Below are positions 25,475-32,000 of a stretch of 32,000 nt of DNA, piece after piece. This DNA comes from an uncultured archaeon (lineage in GTDB: Archaea > Iainarchaeota > Iainarchaeia > Iainarchaeales > CSSED10-239), in assembly GCA_964468895.1 (NCBI GenBank), contig CAYXWT010000003.1, forward strand, positions 5,157-37,156. The letters run 5' to 3'. The position numbers and the translations under genes are program-made. The notes beneath the pieces are model-generated. The model saw only the letters and a list, made by a program, of their open reading frames with translations. It made no database searches and was not told where the DNA came from. Numbering within the stretch: position 1 is the stretch's first letter; every line of letters begins with the position of its first letter.

Positions 25475-25960
25475 ATGTCTAAAATAACACATGTTAAGAA
25501 ATCATTTAAAAAAAGAGCAGTATCACCATTAATTGCAACCATATTACTTGTAGCTGTATCTTTGTCTTTGGCAGGTATTTTATATTCATGGTCTTCACAG
25601 AATGCAAAAGAAACTACATCTAATCTTTCTGAGACAACAACACAGTGGGGTAATTGTAGTTCAGTTAATTTGTATATAGAAGATTGTACATATAATTCTG
25701 ATACTGGTGTTAGTTTAATTTTATATGATGATTCTCAAATAGACATTGACAATAACCTAAGTTTAATTGTAATCGATACAAATAGTGAAATAGCAACAAC
25801 TAGTTTTGAACCTAGTTTTTCTAATTCAGTTATGAGTGTTCGAACAGAAAACTTTTCTAATAGTGATGATTTTCATGATTTAGGTGAACCTATACGAAAA
25901 ATTAAGATATTTGTTGAAAGTTGCCCAGATAGAGCTGCAACAACAACAATTTGTAACTAG
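25475..25960 (+). CDS. archaeal type IV pilin (class III signal peptide, DUF1628/Pilin_N type), paralogue 1
   Basis: MSKITHVKKSFKKRA|VSPLIATILLVAVSLSLAGILYSW: a basic leader, small residue at -1, and SPLIA hydrophobic helix. Four Cys: NCSSVNLYIEDC and SCPDRAATTTIC. Confidence 0.8.
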   Translation: MSKITHVKKSFKKRAVSPLIATILLVAVSLSLAGILYSWSSQNAKETTSNLSETTTQWGNCSSVNLYIEDCTYNSDTGVSLILYDDSQIDIDNNLSLIVIDTNSEIATTSFEPSFSNSVMSVRTENFSNSDDFHDLGEPIRKIKIFVESCPDRAATTTICN

Positions 25961-25995
25961 TCTTTTTAAAAAAAAAAATTAAATTAATTTTATCG

Positions 25996-26002
25996 AAGGA
26001 GG
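25996..26002 (+). promoter_or_regulatory. strong Shine-Dalgarno AAGGAGG upstream of pilin paralogue 2
   Basis: AAGGAGG at 25996-26002, 8 nt before the ATG at 26011. Pilins 1 and 3 lack a comparable motif. Confidence 0.6.
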
Positions 26003-26010
26003 AATTAAAA

Positions 26011-26502
26011 ATGAATTCAAAAAAAGCAATATCTCCATTAATAGCAACTATTCTTTTAGTAGTTGTAGCAGTTGTATTAGTAACAATTGTTTTAAGTTGG
26101 AGTAAAACATTTTCAAATGAAAGTTTAGATGTAGCAAGTAATGTAGTAGATAATAGTTGTACTGATATGATCGGTTCTCTATATATAAGCGATTGTCAAA
26201 TATTAAGTGATGGTAATGTTACTTTCTTTTTAACAAACTCAAGTAATGATTATACATATCCTGACGGAGATGGAGTTTTGAAAATTAATTTAACTGATGG
26301 TGTTGGAAATATAGACTCTCAAGTTGATGTGAATAGTAGTCTAAATCACATTACTGCAGGATGGGGTAGTTTTGGACCTGGAGAAGTTGAATCTATTAAA
26401 ATAGATGTTGATAGTGTTGAAGACTCAAATCCTATTTACGTAGAAGTTAAATCTGTAGCTTGTCCTTCAGATGCATATGCAACAGCTGTATGTAGAGAAT
26501 AA
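26011..26502 (+). CDS. archaeal type IV pilin, paralogue 2 (likely the most highly translated)
   Basis: MNSKKA|ISPLIATILLVVVAVVLVTIVLSWS. Four Cys: SCTDMIGSLYISDC and ACPSDAYATAVC. Several N-x-S/T sequons. Confidence 0.8.
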   Translation: MNSKKAISPLIATILLVVVAVVLVTIVLSWSKTFSNESLDVASNVVDNSCTDMIGSLYISDCQILSDGNVTFFLTNSSNDYTYPDGDGVLKINLTDGVGNIDSQVDVNSSLNHITAGWGSFGPGEVESIKIDVDSVEDSNPIYVEVKSVACPSDAYATAVCRE

Positions 26503-26523
26503 ATATATAAGATTTGTTAAAAT

Positions 26524-26979
26524 ATGAGTTTAGTCAAACTAAAAGCTGTTTCACCGTTGATAGCAGTTGTATTATTAGTGATTGTTGCTGTAGCAATAGT
26601 TACTATACTGTTATCTTGGTCACAGAATTATGTTCAAAGAAGTACAGCATCAGTAGATGATGCTATTGATACAAGTTGTATAGGTGTAGATATATCTGTA
26701 CTTAGCTGTGATTATAATTCTGTGTCTGATGAATTTACTTTTATAATGGTTAATTCTGGTAATATAGATTTTACTACTAATAATACTTTTTCTTTAATAT
26801 TAATAGATTCAGATAATAATCTTACTAATAAATCTAACATTATTGATTCTGTGGCTTTTAATAAAGGTGAATCTCAAAAAGTAGTAATTGAAGATTATGA
26901 AGATGCAGAAACACCTATAAAAATGGAAATTAGAAGTAGTTCTTGTAGTGGCTTTTTTGAAACCAAAACTTGTCATTAA
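26524..26979 (+). CDS. archaeal type IV pilin, paralogue 3
   Basis: MSLVKLKA|VSPLIAVVLLVIVAVAIVTILLSWS. Four Cys: SCIGVDISVLSC and SCSGFFETKTC. Confidence 0.8.
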   Translation: MSLVKLKAVSPLIAVVLLVIVAVAIVTILLSWSQNYVQRSTASVDDAIDTSCIGVDISVLSCDYNSVSDEFTFIMVNSGNIDFTTNNTFSLILIDSDNNLTNKSNIIDSVAFNKGESQKVVIEDYEDAETPIKMEIRSSSCSGFFETKTCH

Positions 26980-27479
26980 ATCTTTTCTATTTTTATCTTT
27001 ATTATTTTTTTTTGATTATCTATAATTGCAAGAATATATTTAGCATGTATTGAATTTGCTAATCTTTCAGATTTAATTATTTCTTTCATTGTATCTTTAT
27101 ATGTTCTTTTTACATCTATGACTTCTTGAGTATGAGTATGTTCTTTACTATTTTTATAAACTCTAAAATCAAAACCAAATAAAGCACCATCTTTAATTAT
27201 TTTCCCATTATCTCTATATTCTTTAAATACAATATATTTATCTTCAAAGTTTTTAATTTTTTTATTACAAATATCTATCATTTTTGTAATATTTATTATA
27301 GAATTTAGTTTATCTTTAATTTTAATTTTTTTCTTTTCAAGTAAATAAAAGCTTTCAAATAAATCTAAATAATAATCTAAATTTACTTTGTATCCAAAGC
27401 CTTTAGATTTTAATTTACTTTTTAAAGTATTATTTTCTATTTTACAATTATTACTATTATTATTAAGTATTACAAACAT
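26976..27479 (-). CDS. endA: tRNA-splicing endonuclease subunit (EndA family)
   Basis: C-terminal catalytic domain pattern YIVFKEYRDNGKIIKDGALFGFDFRVYKNSKEHTHTQEVIDV and ANSIHAKYILAI (Tyr/His/Lys triad contexts). 167 aa. Confidence 0.7.
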   Translation of the reverse strand: MFVILNNNSNNCKIENNTLKSKLKSKGFGYKVNLDYYLDLFESFYLLEKKKIKIKDKLNSIINITKMIDICNKKIKNFEDKYIVFKEYRDNGKIIKDGALFGFDFRVYKNSKEHTHTQEVIDVKRTYKDTMKEIIKSERLANSIHAKYILAIIDNQKKIIKIKIEKI

Positions 27480-27502
27480 ATTTTTTCAACCAATTATTTA
27501 TT

Positions 27503-27790
27503 TTATTTATATAATGTGAACAAATTTCTATCTACTCCATAAAATAGGCCAATTCTAACACCTGCATCAATCCATCCATATGCATATGAATATGATGCTA
27601 AAGCTTTAACAAAATCTTCTTTTTCTTCTAAGTATTTTCCATCATTAAGATAATTAGTAGCCATTTCTAAATAATTATCTGCAATTTCTTTTAAGAAAGA
27701 TGTGTTTTTAATATTTATTTCAATAGTTGAAAGTGCTTTTTCAAGTATGTTTTTATATTTTAAACAATATTCTCTGCAATCTGTATTCAT
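27503..27790 (-). CDS. DUF357-family small helical protein
   Basis: ATNYLNDGKYLEEKEDFVKALASYSYAYGWIDAGVRIGLF matches the DUF357 signature (Y..GWLDAG). The start overlaps the dph5 3' end by 38 nt. Confidence 0.6.
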   Translation of the reverse strand: MNTDCREYCLKYKNILEKALSTIEINIKNTSFLKEIADNYLEMATNYLNDGKYLEEKEDFVKALASYSYAYGWIDAGVRIGLFYGVDRNLFTLYK

Positions 27791-28511
27791 CTATAGCCAC
27801 CTTTTCAAATTCATTTAATTCTCCACAAATAATTAATGATTGAGGATATTTATTACAATTAATTTTATTATAATCTTTAAATTTAAATGAAATAATTTCT
27901 TGTTCATCTGATCCCATTGCAGCAATTAGAACACATTCTTTTTCAGAAAGTATTTTTTCTTTATTAATATCAATTTCGGAAAGTAATTCACATGCTTCTT
28001 TTATATTCATAAGTCTATTTTCATTAATTTTAATATCTAATAAACAAAGTGTATGTGCTTTTATTTTAAGATTATCTAATATCATATTATAGAAACTAGT
28101 TGGTTTATAGTTTTTACTATGATATACAATACTTGTAGTTTTTCCAAATTTATATTCAAATAACCCACAAATTCCTTTGTAATTAAATATTGAAATTCCA
28201 AGTATTATTTTTAAAGGTATTTTTCTTTTTTTAGCTTCTTGAACTACTGTATAATGTGTAGTTGCTGATAAGGGTGAACCTATTACTAATAATGCTGAAT
28301 TATCCTTTAAATATAAAAGATCTTGTTCTAGTTCTTTTCTATTTAACAATGTTATTTTTTTGGAAATGATTTCTTCTAGTTCGCTAATATCCCCAGAACT
28401 AAATTTATTTGTATAATTATCAATATATATATCTTCACAATCTTTAATAGCATTTATTGCTTCTAAAGTAATTTGTGTAGTATTTAATCCAATTCCTATT
28501 ATATAAAACAT
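27753..28511 (-). CDS. dph5: diphthine synthase (Dph5)
   Basis: MFYIIGIGL... tetrapyrrole-methylase-fold N-terminus and LVIGSPLSATTH (the GDPxxATTH equivalent). The ATG at 28511 matches the usual N-terminus; the track start is 28520. Confidence 0.85.
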   Translation of the reverse strand: MFYIIGIGLNTTQITLEAINAIKDCEDIYIDNYTNKFSSGDISELEEIISKKITLLNRKELEQDLLYLKDNSALLVIGSPLSATTHYTVVQEAKKRKIPLKIILGISIFNYKGICGLFEYKFGKTTSIVYHSKNYKPTSFYNMILDNLKIKAHTLCLLDIKINENRLMNIKEACELLSEIDINKEKILSEKECVLIAAMGSDEQEIISFKFKDYNKINCNKYPQSLIICGELNEFEKVAIDEYRLQRILFKI

Positions 28512-28543
28512 TTTTATCACATTTTTAGGATTTATTAATTAAT

Positions 28544-28924
28544 TTAATAATATACTCCTATTTCTATATATATTTCTTTATTAGAACTTTTAATATACTT
28601 TATGGAATTAGAAATTAATCTTGTTTTAGATGTGTTTTTTAAATTTTCATTAATAATTAGTTTATTGTTATTTATTTTTATGTATGCTTTATTATTTGGA
28701 AACAGTTTTAGATAATTTTTTTTTAATATTTTTAAATCTTCTATATTTAGTTTTTGACAACTTAATAAAATATCATTTATTTTTTGAGTAATTATAATCT
28801 CTGTAATGTCATCTATATCATTATAATTATTGTAGATATAATTTTCCTTTAAAATAAAAATCAAAGATATTATTAGTATAAGTGCGAATATACTATCTAT
28901 TATCAAAACAAATCCTTTATTCAC
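28544..28924 (-). CDS. pilin-like small protein D (class III signal peptide-like)
   Basis: MNKG|FVLIIDSIFALILIISLIFIL: K-G then a hydrophobic helix with an acidic residue at +6. GTG start overlaps the stop of the upstream gene (GTGAATAA). Confidence 0.45.
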   Translation of the reverse strand: MNKGFVLIIDSIFALILIISLIFILKENYIYNNYNDIDDITEIIITQKINDILLSCQKLNIEDLKILKKNYLKLFPNNKAYIKINNNKLIINENLKNTSKTRLISNSIKYIKSSNKEIYIEIGVYY

Positions 28925-29333
28925 TAAAACAAACCTCTATAACTTTAAAAATATTGTTTTCTATAATTCCTCTATTATAACACGTAAGGGATTGTGTGTT
29001 TGAATTCAAATAAACTAAATTAGAGTTTATTTTAATATTATTAATATTTTTGAATTTTAAAATGTTATTAATTTTACTAATATCAATTTCATTACTATAG
29101 CATCTGTTCTTCTTTAATGCTAAATTGGCACTATCTTTTATAATATTATCAACTAAGAGTATTTGTTCAAGTATTTTGAGGTCTTTGTTTTTATATTTGT
29201 ATTTCAAATTATATTTTGAAAATACATTTAAACTTAAAAATATAATAAGAATTATTATAAGTAAAACTATAAATACCTCAAATATAAATATTTGTGCATT
29301 TCTATTTTTTAGGAATTGTTTTTTTATATTCAT
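28917..29333 (-). CDS. pilin-like small protein C (class III signal peptide-like)
   Basis: MNIKKQFLKNRNA|QIFIFEVFIVLLIIILIIF: small residue then Q at +1, E at +6, and a long hydrophobic helix. Confidence 0.45.
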   Translation of the reverse strand: MNIKKQFLKNRNAQIFIFEVFIVLLIIILIIFLSLNVFSKYNLKYKYKNKDLKILEQILLVDNIIKDSANLALKKNRCYSNEIDISKINNILKFKNINNIKINSNLVYLNSNTQSLTCYNRGIIENNIFKVIEVCFSE

Positions 29334-29547
29334 AAATACTATTTTTTATAAAATATTTTTCTTTTAAATAATTTAATTTTGTAATATATTTTATTTCAGA
29401 ATCTTTTGAATTATATTTATCTTGTAAATTAACTTCTATGTTTATATAAAAAAAAAGAATTGTTATGATTATTAATATATATAAAATAAATTCTATAGAT
29501 AGTTGTGCTTTTCTAGTTTTGATTTTATTTTTAATTAATGCAAACAT
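29302..29547 (-). CDS. pilin-like small protein B with QxSxEF-type class III signal peptide (DUF361-like)
   Basis: MFALIKNKIKTRKA|QLSIEFILYILIIITILFF: K-A then QLSIEF (Q+1, S+3, E+5, F+6). ATG at 29547; the track start 29556 is TTG. Confidence 0.5.
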   Translation of the reverse strand: MFALIKNKIKTRKAQLSIEFILYILIIITILFFYINIEVNLQDKYNSKDSEIKYITKLNYLKEKYFIKNSIYEYKKTIPKK

Positions 29548-30052
29548 ATTTTTCAACAGTGTAATTTTTTGGAAATAAATAGCTTAGTTCTAAATTATTA
29601 TGTTTAATTTTTAATTTTAAATATAAATTTTTATTTATAGAATTAGTTATAATATATCTTTTAACTAATAAGTTATCATTAGCTTTGTATACTATAACTT
29701 TAGTAATATTATCAAGCTTTGATAAATTTACTAATTCTTCTTTTTTAGTATTTACATTTTGTATATAAAAAAAGTTATTTTTACTTTTAAAGTAATTTAT
29801 TAGATTAACATTTATACTTTCCTTTAAAATTAAAGGATTATCAATTTCATTATTAAGATTAATCTCAATAATCTTATTTATATTAAGTATATTGTTTTCT
29901 TTTTCTAAATCTAGATAACTTACAATGCTTATATCTTTATAATCTATAAATGTGTTTTTTATATTACTGTTTTTAATTAAACTAATTATAAATATAGATA
30001 ATAGCAAAATAGATATTATGCTTACAAATGCTTTTTTGTTTTTAAAAAACAT
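29531..30052 (-). CDS. pilin-like small protein A (class III signal peptide-like)
   Basis: MFFKNKKA|FVSIISILLLSIFIISLI: a basic leader, Ala at -1, and a hydrophobic helix. First gene of a four-gene overlapping run. Confidence 0.45.
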   Translation of the reverse strand: MFFKNKKAFVSIISILLLSIFIISLIKNSNIKNTFIDYKDISIVSYLDLEKENNILNINKIIEINLNNEIDNPLILKESINVNLINYFKSKNNFFYIQNVNTKKEELVNLSKLDNITKVIVYKANDNLLVKRYIITNSINKNLYLKLKIKHNNLELSYLFPKNYTVEKYVCIN

Positions 30053-30161
30053 AGTATTTGTTGTATATTTAGTATTTATTTAACTTTGTTTTACTTTTTT
30101 TGTAATTTTTATTTTAATAAATAATAAAATATAAGAAAATAAGAAAAAGATGAAATAGAAA

Positions 30162-30350
30162 TTAACATCTTTGAAGTAACAAATCATCATTTTTTCTAAA
30201 ATCTATTTCTCCAAGTATATCTACTAACATTTTTGTTTGATCTCTATTAAGTGATTTTGTAAGATCTATTCTTTTGAACAATGTATTTTTTAATTTTAAT
30301 AGTAAAGTTGTTTGAACATTTACTAAATCTTTTCTATCTAATATTTGCAT
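30162..30350 (-). CDS. hypothetical 62-aa soluble protein
   Basis: The ATG at 30350 is preceded by GAGGTG (plus-strand CACCTC 30359-30364) with 8-nt spacing. No TM segment and no recognisable motif. Confidence 0.45.
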   Translation of the reverse strand: MQILDRKDLVNVQTTLLLKLKNTLFKRIDLTKSLNRDQTKMLVDILGEIDFRKNDDLLLQRC

Positions 30351-30521
30351 AAGTTATACACCTCTTTTTTTTAAAAACTTAATAATATTATAAGGTATTT
30401 AAAAGTGGAGTCATTTTTTGAACAGTAAGTGGCCGTAGCAAATATACATAATTATCTACCAATATTATATATTTATAATAACATCCATTTACTATTTGTA
30501 TGTACTTTAAAGTGATTTTAT

Positions 30522-31601
30522 TTGAAAAAAAATATATTTGCTGATAGAAATAAAAACCTAAAATCTATTTTTAAAGATGAAACTATTTTCTATTCAGAAT
30601 TTATTCCTGAGAAAGTAAATTGTAGAGACATACAAGTCAAAGAGCTTACCTATTTATTAGAACCTATTAATAATAAAAAAAAAGCAAGTAATATTTTATT
30701 ATATGGTCCGCCAGGAACTGGAAAAACAATGATGTCTAAGTTTGTTTTAAATGAATTAATAAATTATACTAAAAAAGCAAAATATATCATTATAAATGCA
30801 ATTCAAGATAATTCTAGAATGGCAATATATTCTAAAATTGCAACCTTATTTAAGTTACCACTTCCTAGAAGAGGACTTGCTGTAGATGAAATTATAGATA
30901 GAATTAAAGAAGAATTATCTAAGTGTGATTTTATACCTATAATAGTTATTGATGAAATTGATCAATTAGATTCTAAACAATGTTCTAATTTGTTATATGA
31001 TCTTACAAGAATTAATATTGATGATAAATATTTTTGTTTATTGTTAATTACAAATCATAAAGATTTTGTTTTAAAACTAGATCCTAGAACTAAAAGTTCT
31101 TTATTTTTAAATTCTATTGAATTTAATAAATATAGTCCTAAAGATCTTAAAGATATATTAAATCAAAGAATAAGCTTTGGTTTGATTCCAAATTCTATTA
31201 GTAGTGATTTAGTAGGATTTATTGCAGGTTATTCTTCAAGAAGAGGTGGAGATGCAAGGATTGCTATTGATCTACTATATAAATCAGCAAAAGAAAGTGA
31301 TAAGTGTGGCAATTTAGAGCTCACTAAGGATGTTATTTTGAGTTCTTCTAAGTCTATAGATTATATCAAAATTAATGAAAAAATAAATTATTTAGGAAAA
31401 GGAGAACTAAAATTACTTCATATTCTAGAAGATGGTATGTTAAGTACTGATATTTATTCTAAAAGTGAAATACCAGTACGTACTGTTAGAAGATATCTTT
31501 CAAATTTAGAAAAAGTAAATTTAATTAGATTTGAAAATATTAATTCTAATACCGGTAGAACTAGAAAATTATTTTTAAATTTTGATAAATCTATAATTTA
31601 A
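30522..31601 (+). CDS. cdc6: Orc1/Cdc6 replication initiator, paralogue 2 (shorter, more divergent)
   Basis: Walker [14 protein letters not shown], Walker B IVIDEIDQL, sensor-2 RGGDARIAIDLL, and C-terminal wH (VRTVRRYLSNLEKVNLIRF). Only a TTG start is available upstream of the Walker A. Confidence 0.85.
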   Translation: MKKNIFADRNKNLKSIFKDETIFYSEFIPEKVNCRDIQVKELTYLLEPINNKKKASNILLYGPPGTGKTMMSKFVLNELINYTKKAKYIIINAIQDNSRMAIYSKIATLFKLPLPRRGLAVDEIIDRIKEELSKCDFIPIIVIDEIDQLDSKQCSNLLYDLTRINIDDKYFCLLLITNHKDFVLKLDPRTKSSLFLNSIEFNKYSPKDLKDILNQRISFGLIPNSISSDLVGFIAGYSSRRGGDARIAIDLLYKSAKESDKCGNLELTKDVILSSSKSIDYIKINEKINYLGKGELKLLHILEDGMLSTDIYSKSEIPVRTVRRYLSNLEKVNLIRFENINSNTGRTRKLFLNFDKSII

Positions 31602-31647
31602 AATCTATATTTTAATAAATAAGTATTTTATAAAAGGAGGTTTAAAC

Positions 31648-32000
31648 ATGTTTGGTTTTTTAAAAGGAAGTGCAGATATAATTCTTGATAATTATAATTA
31701 TAAATTTGGAGACACTATTTCAGGAAAAATAGTTTTAGATTTAAAAAAGGATTTTTTAGCAAACTCTATATCTATTAGATTAATAGGTGAAAAAAGGACA
31801 ATGTCTTATAGAGGTAATTCAAGATCATCTAATAAGCAAAGATTTTTTGATTTTAAGCTTCCTTTAGATGGAAAAAAGATTTATCAAAAAGAAGAGTGCC
31901 CAATAGAATATGAATTTAAGATAGATATTCCAGAAAGTTTAAAACAAACTGAATCACAAGGAAATTTAAATAAAGTTATAGGAGCTATTAATTTACTTAA
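31648..32000 (+). CDS. partial CDS (3' end outside window), possible arrestin-fold / Spo0M-like protein
   Basis: The ATG at 31648 is preceded by AAGGAGG (31634-31640, 7-nt spacing). It is open to the window end: MFGFLKGSADIILDNYNYKFGDTISGKIVLDLKKDFLANSISIRLIGEKRT... The 'GD.I.G.I.L.L...... ISI.L.G' pattern recalls arrestin-N/Spo0M-like beta-sandwich proteins. Confidence 0.5.
   Translation, partial: MFGFLKGSADIILDNYNYKFGDTISGKIVLDLKKDFLANSISIRLIGEKRTMSYRGNSRSSNKQRFFDFKLPLDGKKIYQKEECPIEYEFKIDIPESLKQTESQGNLNKVIGAINLL

Noticed and set aside
29125-29367. 80-aa plus-strand ORF opposite pilin-like genes B and C
   Set aside because: It has no signal or motif. The minus-strand ORFs have consistent class III-signal-like N-termini and operon-like overlaps, so the plus-strand frame is the less plausible one. 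Both readings are weakly supported.
30427-30440. GTGGCCGTAGC resembling the 5' end of an archaeal tRNA (…GCCGTAGC TCAG…)
   Set aside because: It is followed by AAATATACATAATT rather than a D-loop. The match is only about 11 nt and there is no integrase nearby. That is insufficient for an att or tRNA-fragment call.
1-32000. CRISPR arrays, rRNA/tRNA genes, and integrase/transposase genes
   Set aside because: I scanned the intergenic regions by eye. There are no regularly spaced direct repeats with unique spacers and no GC-rich cloverleaf-capable segments. No ORF carries recombinase or DDE-type motifs. The only repeats found are the short ones listed as features.

Overview
This is a visibly very AT-rich, tightly packed archaeal chromosome segment with many 4-38 nt gene overlaps. 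The archaeal call rests on the informational genes: ribosomal proteins eS1/S3Ae and uS15, NAC, Bud32, two Orc1/Cdc6 paralogues, Cdc48, tRNA-splicing endonuclease, diphthine synthase and SepF. The gene set and compaction fit a small-genome DPANN-type archaeon, but that placement is inference only. I support about 42 CDS. I recognised no rRNA, tRNA, CRISPR array, integrase or transposase. The housekeeping backbone also includes a tRNA-modification cluster (dus, thiI, mnmA), an M50 protease-TatD operon, a HemK/Mtq2-type methyltransferase and a DRG/TGS GTPase-like gene. The most system-like region is a bipartite type IV pilus-like locus at 23.6-30.1 kb. It has a platform protein split into two T2SSF-type genes, three tandem paralogous pilins with 'SPLIA' class III signal peptides and four conserved Cys, and four overlapping small pilin-like genes on the opposite strand, some with a QxSxEF-type signal. 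The two halves are separated by endA, a DUF357 gene and dph5. No secretion ATPase or prepilin peptidase lies in the window. Other accessory candidates: (1) a compact radical SAM protein whose layout resembles viperin, a possible pVip-type antiviral enzyme; (2) a COG1373 (AAA_14 + DUF4143) ATPase preceded by a duplicated 49-nt palindrome-bearing module inside an unusually long 556-bp intergenic region; (3) a reversed-order DUF3368(PIN-like)/RHH-UPF0175 toxin-antitoxin pair; (4) a frameshifted orphan mini-pilin next to orc1/cdc6; (5) a GC-rich three-hairpin element ending in a T-run; and (6) a DRG-like protein with degenerate G3/G4 motifs just upstream of the pilus platform genes. All functional calls come from motif recognition by eye in the supplied translations. 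No database search was run.
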